Assembly (NCBI GenBank): GCA_002269645.1
Contig: NIVC01002640.1
Location: 1 to 53,151, forward strand
Length of the DNA stretch: 53,151 bases
Origin: Macrostomum lignano
Lineage: Eukaryota
Direction of reading: 5' to 3'
The stretch's first letter is position 1, and each line of letters opens with the position of its first letter. This document shows positions 1-11,271 of this stretch, one piece after another. Under the pieces are notes generated by a model, which saw only the letters and a program-made list of their open reading frames with translations, ran no database searches and was not told the DNA's origin. The position numbers and the translations under genes were made by a program.

Positions 1-1050
1 GTTCGAAGTTTGGCGACTAGCGAACGGCCGAGTAGCCAGCCTCCAGCGAAGCCTCATCTTATACTCCCAAATGAGGGATTTGAGAACCGCGGAGGCGCAG
101 CAGCGGACAGGCGGGAAGACAAAGCAAGGCAGGGCTGGCCTCCGGGATCTGCTCTAGAGTAAAAGGCCCAGCAGTAAAAGGGATTTCAAGTCGGCCCCAA
201 ACTGCAAATCAAATCCCAATAAGAGTTCTCCCCTGACCGCTGGCCTTGGCTCACCCAAGTTTATCCCGCAGTCCCGCGCTGGATTTGAATAATTAAGTTT
301 ATACCCTCTGTATATCGTAGCGAAATAAAATACAGTGCAATGCTTGCTCATCAATATGATTAAAATCTACGATTTTTATTAGTTAATAATTGACTGAATT
401 CAGTTGCCAGCTCGATCGGGTGGGTTGGCAGTTCAACTCAGTCAGAGAGTTACAGCGAATGTCAGCAACTATTCTAGAAATTACAACTCAAACTTGAAAG
501 CACGCACAACAACTAAATGTGCAATATACTCAAAAAGCACAGCTTAGAACGCGGGAGTTTGCTGCTACTTCTAGTACGAAGCAATGTGCACTGACACTAT
601 TTTGAACCCTCCTCTGTAAAAAAATTGACTCGCCGTACGAAGAAGCCAGGCCGGGACAACCTTCTGGGCGCTCTGGCAGGCGCGGGGTGACACACAATTT
701 CCAGCCAAAAAACAAGTTGATCAGAGAGGTCAAAGCCGGGAAACTCACAGGACGGACTCGAGGTGCGGGATGCATGCAGAATTTTTTTTTAAAAATCTTC
801 GGAATTCTGCCACAGAGCAGCAAGACAAGTGTGCAGGGCGTGGCTGGAATAGCGACAGACAGAATGAAGCAAAAATAGGAAAATATTAGAAAATGTGGAT
901 CCACGAGCATGGATACACCACTAACATCAGAGCTCAAGAAAATTAATAAAAGACCAGGAAATGTTAGCGTAAAGGCAAACACAACATTTACTTCTACAAA
1001 ATTCATTTTAACAACTACAAAATTTTAAGGCTTTGAAGAGATGTCGGATA

Positions 1051-1187
1051 GGGTAGAGAAGCCTGAATGACACGGGGTCAAAGGGTAGCGGAGCCTGAAG
1101 GACAAGGGGTCAAGGGGTAGTGGAGCCTGAAGGACACGGGTCAAGTGGTAGCGGAGCCTGAAGGACACGGGGTCAAGGGGTAGCGGA
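1051..1187. repeat. 32-bp minisatellite x~4 (GACACGGGGTCAAGGGGTAGCGGAGCCTGAAG)
   Basis: Read directly. Confidence 0.9.
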
Positions 1188-1303
1188 TGATTGCCAAATC
1201 CGGCTGCATGTATTTTGAGCCTACAGTGTACAACCTGAACTCTCTTCTCCTGGGTACAAATGAGTTCTAGATATTTCACCAAATAACCCGCATTATAGTC
1301 ACA

Positions 1304-1317
1304 GTTGCCATGACAAC
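1304..1317. promoter_or_regulatory. RFX X-box-like palindrome GTTGCCATGACAAC
   Basis: 13/14 match to GTTGCCATGGCAAC and fits GTHNYYATRRNAAC on both strands. It lies 22 nt past the stop codon of ciliary ARL6. Confidence 0.5.
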
Positions 1318-1339
1318 ACGTCTTGGACCAGTCAACCAG

Positions 1340-1882
1340 TTATTTCCTCGGTGGCAGCCGGCGCACCTCCTCGGCCAGCCAGTCGATGCCAGCCTGCAGG
1401 CCCTCACCGGAGATGGCATTGCTAGGCACGATGTTCCAGGACTTGTTGCTGAGGCAATCCTTCAGACCGAGCATCTGCGTGCACTTCACAGGTGACAGGG
1501 CATCTTTGTGGTCCATCTTGTTGGCGTAGAACAGGAACGGGATGCCCCGTGTCCGGATGGCGTCGTGGGCCAGCAGCTGTTCCAGTTCGTCCTTGGCCAC
1601 CACGAAGCGCAGCTTGTCCGAGCTGTCAATCACAAAGATGATGGCATCGCAGTCGCGTAGTAGTGCCCACATGTTGCGGTAGCGGCCCTGCCCGGACATG
1701 TCAAAGCAGGTCATGCGCAGATTCTTCATCTCGAGGCGTTCAACGTTGAAGCCAACAGTCGGAACAATGTTCTGCATGGTGGCGTTGGCCGGCTTCAGCT
1801 TGTTGATGATGGTCGTCTTGCCACTGTTGTCGAGTCCCACCACCAGCACATTTGCCTCTCGCTTGCCCAGAGCGCTGCCCAT
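1340..1882 (-). CDS. ARL6: ADP-ribosylation factor-like GTPase 6 (BBS3), single exon, 180 aa as assembled
   Basis: ORF has G1 GLDNSGKT, DMSGQGRYR (G3), IIFVIDSSD, FYANKMD (G4) and N-terminal MG. KTTIINKLKP and FDMSGQGRYRN match ARL6 rather than other ARF/ARL proteins. The local anomaly WALLRD versus the expected WEHYY is covered in findings. Confidence 0.93.
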   Translation of the reverse strand: MGSALGKREANVLVVGLDNSGKTTIINKLKPANATMQNIVPTVGFNVERLEMKNLRMTCFDMSGQGRYRNMWALLRDCDAIIFVIDSSDKLRFVVAKDELEQLLAHDAIRTRGIPFLFYANKMDHKDALSPVKCTQMLGLKDCLSNKSWNIVPSNAISGEGLQAGIDWLAEEVRRLPPRK

Positions 1883-4385
1883 CCCGGACGAGATAAAGCA
1901 GAGGGTTTAAAATTTATTGAATATGTTTAAATATGCGCAGGTATCATCTAGCTATATCATACTTAAAACTGGAAAGCCAGACCTATCGCATTTATCAAAT
2001 ACTTTACTGGCATCACACTTTATAGCTCGTATTGAAAATTCTGGCTATATCAAAAAGTATTCAATTAATTAGTAACTCATATTAAAATACGTAAGAAACT
2101 GTACAGAAGCACCGGAAGAGTCATTAGTAATTAGTAAGTACAAGGTACTTTAGTTCCAAAAGTCAGATACATACACGATCATTACTAGTAGTTTTTAGCT
2201 TGTGCAAAGCAAAACCAAGAAAAACCAGTTTCATTTGAATCAGGGAAAGATAGCAGAAGATTGCTTGAATAAATGAGCCTTGTGCACTGAAAGTATATAA
2301 TAATCTAGAGATGTGTTATTTGATTATTGAATCTTCTTAAAAAATTTGAGATATCATTTTACTGCATTTAAGAAACAAATAATTGTAAATGCAAGTAGGA
2401 ATTGCTAAGAAACTATAATCTTCTTGTTATTAACTCATCGAGCTGATTTGTATTAAATAAAAAAATACTGGCACAATTATTATTCGTTTAACAGTATTGT
2501 GAAGAATAATATAGGATAACAAATATCCAGTCAAATAATTGCCATATCCTATATACTAATAATGAAAATCTTTCTTGCTTGCTTTTTTATTGCCATATAA
2601 ACGACCTAAAGTTAACATCCAATAAAATTGTTTTGGGTGATCTTAGTATGACAAACTCTGAGTCTCAGCCATAATATTTCAGAGCTTTCCAAGCTAAGCG
2701 CTCACAAATTTAAATCGACAAGCTTCATTTTTCTTCAAGTTTGGAAGGATGCGAGCAATTCCTTCGCATTCCTAAAAAACTTTGCTTTCAACCAAGTTAA
2801 ATACAGCTAAATACACAGTAGTATTGCTTAAATAAAAATTTAAAGTAGAAATTTTATTTTAAAACTATTTTTATTTTACATGCAAAGCAAAATAGTTGTT
2901 CTTTAGTCATTTTGCTTGATTACAATATGAAGGTTTTGTTTTTATAAAATAACATTAGGACAATTATCGCGGATTCATTGGTTCATTCCAAGAAACCAAG
3001 GCAGATCAAAATCAATAAATATGCTTACGCTTACCAACTGCAGTAAAGAAAGGGCTCATCGTCGGTCATTTGATTAAAAATTAAAAGCACCTTTCTTTAC
3101 CTAAAGCGAAATCATAGCAGTATCGTTTTACCAATGAATGGCCCTTATTGTAGTAGTGTTTGGGACTAGCACCGATTGGCCCCTGGCAATGTATGCAGTC
3201 TAGTACACTGGCATAGTCTAGCATGGAAAAGGGGGTTGTCCAGCATGGTTCAGACCTTGGCTGTTATAGAGATTAGTTATTATTATTTCTTTTAAAAAAA
3301 GAAGTGAATGAAGTCTAAAATTTTATATTGTCTTTAAGTAGAAGATCTTGAACTAACTTTAACCAAAATGTCCTTATAGTTAAATGATAAATATATAATT
3401 TCATACTTTTATTTGGGTTTTACTTTAACAAATATAAAGAAAGCTTTTGTTATTATTTTTAATTACAGTAATTTTTACTTGCTTTATTATAACAATGTTC
3501 TAGCAAAATTGGACTAAAAATAAACTCTTTAGAGGCTTTCTATAATACTAACAACAAAATTAATTTGCACTATCTATAATTGGCAATAGCCAATAGACTA
3601 TATAGGGAAATATCAAAAATACTTGCCTTTAGGCTGATCTAAAAAATTGAGCTCTTCTAGTTTGATTCAAAGTAGAGACTTTTCGCTATATTTTATTTTT
3701 TTGTTTTGCAATATTATTTTCAAGTTTGAATTAGTGTACATAGTATAGCATTAGAAAATGATATCTATGGCCAAAAAGGATAGGATATAGGCCTAGAAGT
3801 CTTTTGTACAAGGCAAGTCAATGGTCTACATGTATAGCCAGTATAGGTAAAATCTATGGGCCAACAATGTATGCATCTATGCACACTACTCATAATACTA
3901 TAAGAAGAATCTTGGGCACTAATTAAGTGATAATTTCAAAACATGCATGGCATTTCCAATGCTCTCTTTGAGGCATATCTAGAAAAGTTTCTCTAGTACC
4001 ACCTCTATCTTAGCTTAGCATTTGGTACTATGTTATTTTAAGTGGCAATTATTATCTATTATGACTAGTGTTTCTAACTAACTATGGCAACTGCCTAATT
4101 GACTAACTGATTGTTGATCTTGTTTAATTGTTATATTTCCTATTAAAAATAATATTGCAAAACAAACTAGATTCTAAACAAAAGTTACTAGGCTTTAGAA
4201 GCTATACAAATAGCAAATCATTTGCCATTAGCCTTATTTCTATAGACCCAAATAGCAGGGTCTATTTTAGCTAATGTTTAGTACTTGTAGCAACTTTATT
4301 TATTTGTTTTTCACCTTCTATGTCCATTGATCCTTTCTTGTGCATGGTTTTTGAATTTTGTTTTTTTTTTATTCTAATTGGCTAC

Positions 4386-5378
4386 TAGGGAATACAAAAT
4401 CCCAAGTTTTGTCAATCCTAGGATTCCTGGGATTGGGATATCCTGGACTTTGCCAATCCTGGTTTCCCAACAAATGGGGCCGGGATCCTGGTATAAAAAT
4501 GTTTCTAATTTTTGTTGCTGCAATTTTGGTTTACAAAGCCATTGAATCTGATTTTAAATGGCTTTTAATAATAAAATAGATTAGAACAAAATATTTTGGT
4601 ATCAAGAAACTGACAGTGAGCTCTGAATTGGAATGTGATGTATAGATTGGCATATTAGACGTGCTATTTTACATGCCAATATCAGCTCAGGAAAATCACA
4701 CTTGATTATGATATAGCCTGGGGAATGATAGCTTATAAAGTTACGAGTATAGCCCAAGGTACTAATACCAGGGTAGAAAGGGTCAAGGGATCAGTTTTAA
4801 AGGTAAAGACTGCTTAAAGTACATATAGTTCTACTACCACCTCTATGTTGGGCATCTAAAGGATGTCCCAACAGTGTTAAGAATGAGGTCTTTCATATAG
4901 GGGGGGGGGGGGAGCTTCTAATCTATGCAAGGTTGAGACCCCCTGATTTTAGCTAGGTTTGAGATAGAGGGAGAGTTCAAATGAACAATGATTTGACTCT
5001 CATCTGGCAAGATATAGTGCTGTGATTTGAAACAATAAGGAATTGATCTCATTGTTGACTTCACCTTCTGACCTATAGCCCTAGCCTTCTCACTAGCCTA
5101 TATGTTTAAAAGATTAATAAATCAAAGTAGGACAACTAGGATATGATTTTCACCTGACAGAAGCTTAGCTACATATACTACTACTGGATAATGAATGATT
5201 GAATTATTGCAAGCCAGCATTGGGATCCCAATGGTCAATCCTGGGATTTTCAAACCCTAGACAAGTGTGATCCTGGGATTTAGAATCTTGGGATTCAGGC
5301 ATAATTGAATCCCAGGACTCAGAATCCCAGGATTTGGGCCTAATCCCAGATTTTGGGATCTTGGAATTGTATTCCCTA
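4386..5378. mobile_element. Non-autonomous hAT-like DNA transposon (~993 bp)
   Basis: Perfect 12-bp TIR TAGGGAATACAA (4386-4397; complement 5367-5378). 8-bp TSD TTGGCTAC/TTGGCTAT (4378-4385; 5379-5386). Subterminal ATCC(T/C)(G/A)GGA motif clusters at both ends. No transposase ORF. Confidence 0.75.
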
Positions 5379-6016
5379 TTGGCTATGTCTCTGTATTTCA
5401 TATAAATCATTTTACCCTGCCTTTTGGTTGTGCCTTCTACTCACTCTCTATTGCACATGCTGACTTGTTTTAATTATTATTTTCTACCCCTCCCTTGCAC
5501 TCTAATGCACAGTTTAAATTTGTATTTGCTAGACATTTAACTTGCACAGTTAAGTGTCTTACAAATACTGTATATACATTTGGACCGGCATCTCACTTGC
5601 TTGGTTTTGTGTCTTCAACTCAAAATAAATTACAAATAAATTATTTACAGTTATAATAGATTTTAGTGCTAGGCTTATAGTTACTATTATTACATTTCTC
5701 TGCAGACCTCTTTGCTTATTTTAAATTAACTATTGATATGCTAAATAATGTATTAGCTATGTCAATTTATCTAGGGCTGTAAATCATTTTGAGCTTATAA
5801 AATTTTACTGCTCAATTTTATATCTAGGCAATAATTTATATCATAATTTAAGATATTTTAGTAAAGTAGTAGAGTTGTTTTAAAGTGATAAATGGAATGA
5901 CAAATACTTGTGCATTAAGTTTTCTATTCTATTCATGATTTCCTTAAAATCTAGTTAAAGCCAAATGCAAAACGTCGCTCTTCCACTTCAGTGCACTGAC
6001 TACCCATTAGCGAACC

Positions 6017-9000
6017 ATGTCTGCCATTAAGAAATGGTTTGAAGACAAAAAGCGCGAGAAGAAATTCTCTCGCATCGGCCCCGGCCAGCGCCTGTGCGAC
6101 AGCAGCACCCAGCGGAATGCGCAGGCCGCCGCTGCTGCGGCTTCGTCCGCGTCCACTCCGCGCTTAGCGCCCTCGGCCTCCGCCGCCCGCGCCGGCGCCG
6201 CCGCTCTGGCCCGGTTGGAACGCGCCGAGGCCGAGAAGAAGGCGCCACGCCCGATCGGCGGGTTGCGGGGCAGCGGCCTGCGCACCGAGGCCGATGTTCG
6301 CCAGGTGATTCAGCAGGAGCAGCAGGACAGGCAGCTGGCCGTGGACAGATTCTCTGAGCCGGTTGAGATCAACACGGATGCCGCGCCAGTGCTAGCCGTT
6401 AAGGGCGTCTACTTCAAGTGCCCGCTGGTTGGTGGCTCGCTGGCTTGTTGCGGGGCGGCTTCTGGCTTACTATTTGGGTTGCTCTAATTCAGTACTAGAG
6501 AAATCCCCGCTCAGCTATGGGGATTCCCACTCCATAACAAGCAGGGAAATCCCCGCTCAGCCATGGGGATTCCCACTCCATAACAAGCAGGGAAATCCCC
6601 GCTCAACAATGGGGATTCCTAATCCATAACTAGCAGGGAAATCCCCGCTCAGCTATGGGGATTCCCACTCCATAACAAGCAGGGAAATCCCCGCTCAGCC
6701 ATGGGGATTCCCACTCCATAACAAGCAGGGAAATCCCCGCTCAACAATGGGGATTCCTAATCCATAACTAGCAGGGAAATCCCGCTCAGCCATGGGGATT
6801 CCCACTCCATAACAAGCAGGGAAATCCCCGCTCAACAATGGGGATTCCTAATCCATAACTAGCAGGGAAATCCCGCTCAGCTATGGGGATTCCCACTCCA
6901 TAACAAGCAGGGAAATCCCCGCTCAACAATAGGGATTCCCACTCCATACCTAGCAAGGAAATCCCGCTCAGCTATGGGGATTCCCAATCCATAACAAGCA
7001 GGGAAATCCCCACTCAGCAATGGGGATTCCTAATCCATAACTAGCAGGGAAATCCCCGCTCAGCTATGGGGATTCTCAATCCATAACTACGAGGGAAATG
7101 CGCTGTCAGAGATGAAGGTTTCCCGTCAGAAACTGAATGACCCCGACAATAAGCCCTTGTTGCCCCCTGTTGTGGCGCGAGTTCTAAGTACGAGTATGGA
7201 GTATTGAGTACTTCAGTCGTATCGTATTTATGTTTCAATGTTTTCAATATTGTATTCAATTTTCGATCAACTCAAAGCTTTGCGTAAAATTTAATTCAAG
7301 CCAATCTGCCAAGTGTATACACTCAACGTGCATGCTTATTTACCAATATAAATAAAAAGCTGCGGAGTCAGTCGAGACTCCACGATTCTTATTCGCAATT
7401 CTCACTCAACCCACGCGTTCAATACACAACACCCCCACTCACTCCAGGTGAGCCCGGAGTCGCTGCCCTGGGAGGAGTGGAAGCCGAAGATCCGGCAGTT
7501 CCTGGCCGAGCAGATGGGTCAGGACTCGGCCCTGTGCGCGGCTGTGGCCATCCGGACGCTGAACCCGGCCGACCGGGCTGAGGAGTGCGCCCAGACAATC
7601 GCCAAGTACGTCAACAATGTGCTGGCCAACCCGGGCGAGCAGAAGTACAGGCGAATCCGCCTCGGCAACGCGGTCTTCCAACAGCGCGTCCACCCCGCCT
7701 GCGAGTCTGCGCTCGACTTCCTGCTGGCCTGCGGCTTCCAGCGCCAGGCGGGCGACTCTGGCGAGGACTTCCTCGTCCTGCCGCCCGAGGCCGACTTGGA
7801 AGCGCTGGCCGCGGCGCTCGAGTGCCTGCAGACCGCCGAAGGCATCGAGCCGCTGCTGGACCGCTGCACCTCCCTGCTGGAGATCTCGCCCGGAAGTGCC
7901 GCGTAAGAGCCCGCAAATCTGTCTGACCTTCACTCCCTTCTGATCCTTCTGACCTTCACTCCCTTCTGATCCTTCTGGCCTTCACTCCCTTCTGATCCTT
8001 CTGGCCTTCACTCCCTTCTGATCCTTCTGGCCTTCACTCCCTTCTGATCCTTCTGGCCTTCACTCCCTTCTGATCCTTCTGGCCTTCACTCCCTTCTGAT
8101 CCTTCTGGCCTTCACTCCCTTCTGATCCTTCTGGCCTTCACTCCCTTCTGATCCTTCTGGCCTTCACCGATCTCCCTTCTGATCCTTCTGACCATCAATC
8201 TCCCTCAGATCCCGATTTATCTCTATTTCCTCTCAGATCCCCATTCATATCTAATCTCCCTCAGATCCCCATTCATATCTAATCTCTCTCACATCCCCAT
8301 TCATATCTAATCTCTCTCAGATCCCCATTCATATCTAATCTGTCTCAGATCCCCATTCATATCTAATCGCCCTCAGATCCCCATTCATATCTAATCTGTC
8401 TCAGATCCTCACTCATATTTAATCTCCCTCAGATCCCCATTCATATCTAATCGCCCTCAGATCCCCATTCATATCTAATCGCCCTCAGATGCCCATTCAT
8501 ATCTGATCTCTCTCAGATCCCCATTCATATCTAATCTGTCTCAGATCCCCATTCATATCTAATCTCCCTCAGATCCCCATTCATATCTAATCTGTCTCAG
8601 ATCCCCATTCATATCTAATCTGTCTCAGATCCCCATTCATATCTAATCTGTCTCAGATGCCCATTCATATCTAATCTCTCTCAGATCCCCATTCATATCT
8701 AATCACTCTCAGATCCCCGTTTTTCTCTAATCTCCCTCAGGTTGCCATCTATAGTCCCCTCTGGTCTCCTCTGCCCCATTTGCTCTCCCTCTTTGGGCCT
8801 CAGTTAACGTGACTCCACTTTGCTACTACGAGTATATCCATTTCCCCGCTTCTCTAACTACTTTAAGTAGCAAAGAGTTTCGCACATTTGTATAGATAGA
8901 GTTTATTGTGCATGCATTTTACCGGCTTCCCCGGTTAATTTGATTTTTGCTCAACTGGGCGAGCCAAGGCTGGATGTCGCACTGCTTCTATTGCCAAATT

Positions 9001-11052
9001 TGTTGCTGGATACATTAGATTTTGCCCGAGGTCGTGCTTCGATTTCTAAACGGCTATTATCGTGCTTGCGTGGGCGGCTGGGGTTCTTTTCCCATTTGAT
9101 CCCCATGTCGTGATTCGTTAAAATCCCGTCCGTCCTCATTTTGGCGTTCCGTCTGGCTTTTTCGCCTGTCGTTCCCGTGAATTCGAAAATGTCGAGTAGA
9201 GGCGCGTATTCACACTGGGAATATTTTTGGCTTGGAACTCTAAATATCCCGTTTCTGTAGGCGTATTTTAAGCTTCTGTCTTCACTATGGCTGTCATCAG
9301 TGTTATGATTAATATTTTTTGTTTTGTTTCGAATAGCATGAGTGCCGAACTGCTCGTATAAGATTTTTTTCATTAATTTTGGCATTGGCCAGGATTAGCG
9401 AGGTTATTGCAAACCCTGATATTCCTTCGTTTGCTGATTTTGAATCCGAATGCTTATTATTGATAAATCCGGCATGGCTGCCGCGTGGAACAGTTCCCAG
9501 TTTCACCGCGTCACAGAAAGCAAGCGGGGATCTTCAAGTGCCTCGCTGCAATGGTTCTGCAATGCCTGTCCGCACACTTCACCGAATTTACGGCGTCAAA
9601 GCAAACCTGCCTCATCCGAAATCGCTTTGATGATTTTGCCTTTTTGATGACATTTAATCCGACTGAATGAGTGAGTGAGTCCGATGCTCTCCAGATCAGC
9701 TGCTCCTGTTGCAACTCGAACATTTGCACACTTGGATTGAAATCCTAAGCGGGATCAAAACGTCATTAGGAATCCGTGCTCGAATGTTGTCATTTCTCTG
9801 GTTTAACCAACCAAGGGGTATTTCAATGTGTCAAATAGGCTTTCAAGGGTCGGAATGGATCTTTCAGGGGGTCAGAGTGGGTCTTTAAGGGGTCAGAATG
9901 GCCTTTAAGGGGTCAAAATGGCCTTTAAAGGGTCAGAATGGGTCTTTGAAGGATCAGAATGGCCTTTAAGGGGTCAGAATGGGTCTTTGAAGGGGTCAGA
10001 ATGGGTCTTTGAAGGGATCAGAATGGCCTTTAAGGGGTCAGAATGGGTCTTTGAAGGGATCAGAATGGGTCTTTAAGGGGTCAGAATGGCCTTTAAGGGG
10101 TCAGAATGGGTCTTTGAAGGGGTCAGAATGGGCCTTTAAGGGGTCAGAATGGGTCTTTGAAGGGGTCAGAATGGCCTTTAAGGGGTCAGAATGGGTCTTT
10201 GAAGGGGTCAGAATGGACCTTTAAGGGGTCAGAATGACCTTTAAGGGGTCAGAATGGCCTTTAAGGGGTCAAAATGGCCTTTAAAGGGTCAGAATGGGTC
10301 TTTGAAGGATCAGAATGGCCTTTAAGGGGTCAGAATGGGTCTTTAAAGGGGTCAAAATGGCCTTTAATGGGTCAGGATGACCTTTAATAGTTCAGAATGA
10401 CCTTTAGGGGTCAGAATGGCCTTTAAGCGGTCAGAGCGGCCCTTAAGGGGCCAAATAACTCAATGTTTCAAGTAGGCATCGATGTGAAAAATCGTGTTGC
10501 GGCGATCTCTGTAGTCATTGCCAGGGGCTTCATGCAAAAGTTTTAACAGTTTCTGATTTCAATTCCAGCTCAGTCGCTAACCGAGTCGCCCTGCCCGAGG
10601 ATTTCTATTCACTGACGCCCGAGGAGCTCGAACTGGAGCGGCTCCGCTTGCGCCAGGCCGCCGAGTCCGAGGAGATGCTGCGGACGCGCCAAATGCGCGA
10701 GCGCGAGCGCCAGCGGGAGACCCGGCGCTACCGGTTCTGCCTGGTCCGCGTACGCCTGCCCGGCGGCCGCCTCATCCTGCAGGCCACCTTCGCCGCCACG
10801 GAGCAGCTGGCCGACATTTACAGCTGGCTACGCGACGAATGCCTGGAAGCTTCGGCTGCCACTGCCTTCCGATTGGTTTCGCCGGACAAGCGGCGTCTGG
10901 ACGAAGCCGACGGGCGCACCCTGGCGGAGCTGGGGCTCTGTCCGGCCGCTGTGCTGGCGCTGGCCGTCAGCGCCGACGATGGGGCAGCAGCGGCTGCGTC
11001 GGCCTCCCGGCTGCGGCCTGCGCTGGCCGCTCTTGTCCAGCCGCTGGTCTGA
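6017..11052 (+). CDS. UBXN6: UBX domain-containing protein 6 (UBXD1; p97/VCP cofactor, PUB + UBX domains); join(6017..6427,7448..7902,10569..11052), 449 aa
   Basis: Exon 1 has KKF..GPGQRL, AAALARLE and GVYFKCPL. Exon 2 has the PUB domain (TIAKYVNNVLANPGEQKYRRIRLGNAVFQQRV..FLLACGF). Exon 3 has LPEDFYSLTPEE and the UBX domain (RYRFCLVRVRLPGG..LQATF..LAELGLCPAAVL). GT..AG boundaries are phase-consistent (0, 2) and total 1350 nt. Confidence 0.92.
6498..7092. repeat. 46-bp hairpin-containing minisatellite x13, UBXN6 intron 1
   Basis: GGGAAATCCCCGCTCAGC(T/C)ATGGGGATTCCCACTCCATAACAAGCA and variants. Confidence 0.95.
7925..8190. repeat. 26-bp minisatellite x~10 (CCTTCACTCCCTTCTGATCCTTCTGG), UBXN6 intron 2
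   Basis: Read directly. Confidence 0.95.
8200..8742. repeat. 28-bp minisatellite x~19 (CAGATCCCCATTCATATCTAATCTGTCT)
   Basis: Read directly. Confidence 0.95.
9845..10455. repeat. 20-22-bp minisatellite (GGGGTCAGAATGG(G/C)(T)CTTTAA), UBXN6 intron 2
   Basis: Read directly. Confidence 0.95.
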
Positions 11053-11271
11053 GGGCGGCCGCCCCCTCCCTTGATTTGTTGGTTTAAAATATGCATGACA
11101 ACCATCTGTATTCATTCCGCTTGCCCTTCTCTGTGACTGGCGCTTTGTATTTTGATGGGGGTCTGGCATACGCGAGTACCGACAGCTCCTCAGTTCTGGC
11201 AAAACCGCGCACCAGCAAAAGAGTTTGTCAAAGTTTAGCACTTGTCGCTCACATTTGCCTGCCCCCTTCAA

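Noticed and set aside
10-25. TGGCGACTAGCGAAC resembling an LTR primer-binding site
   Set aside because: No LTR, gag or pol visible downstream; at the window edge and cannot be matched to a tRNA by eye.
530-1006. 158-aa hydrophobic minus-strand ORF
   Set aside because: No ATG-context or splice support and no recognisable domain; hydrophobicity reflects A-rich plus-strand composition.
6498-7092. CRISPR-like array (palindromic repeat plus linker)
   Set aside because: Linkers are near-identical rather than unique spacers, there are no cas genes, and it lies in a eukaryotic intron.
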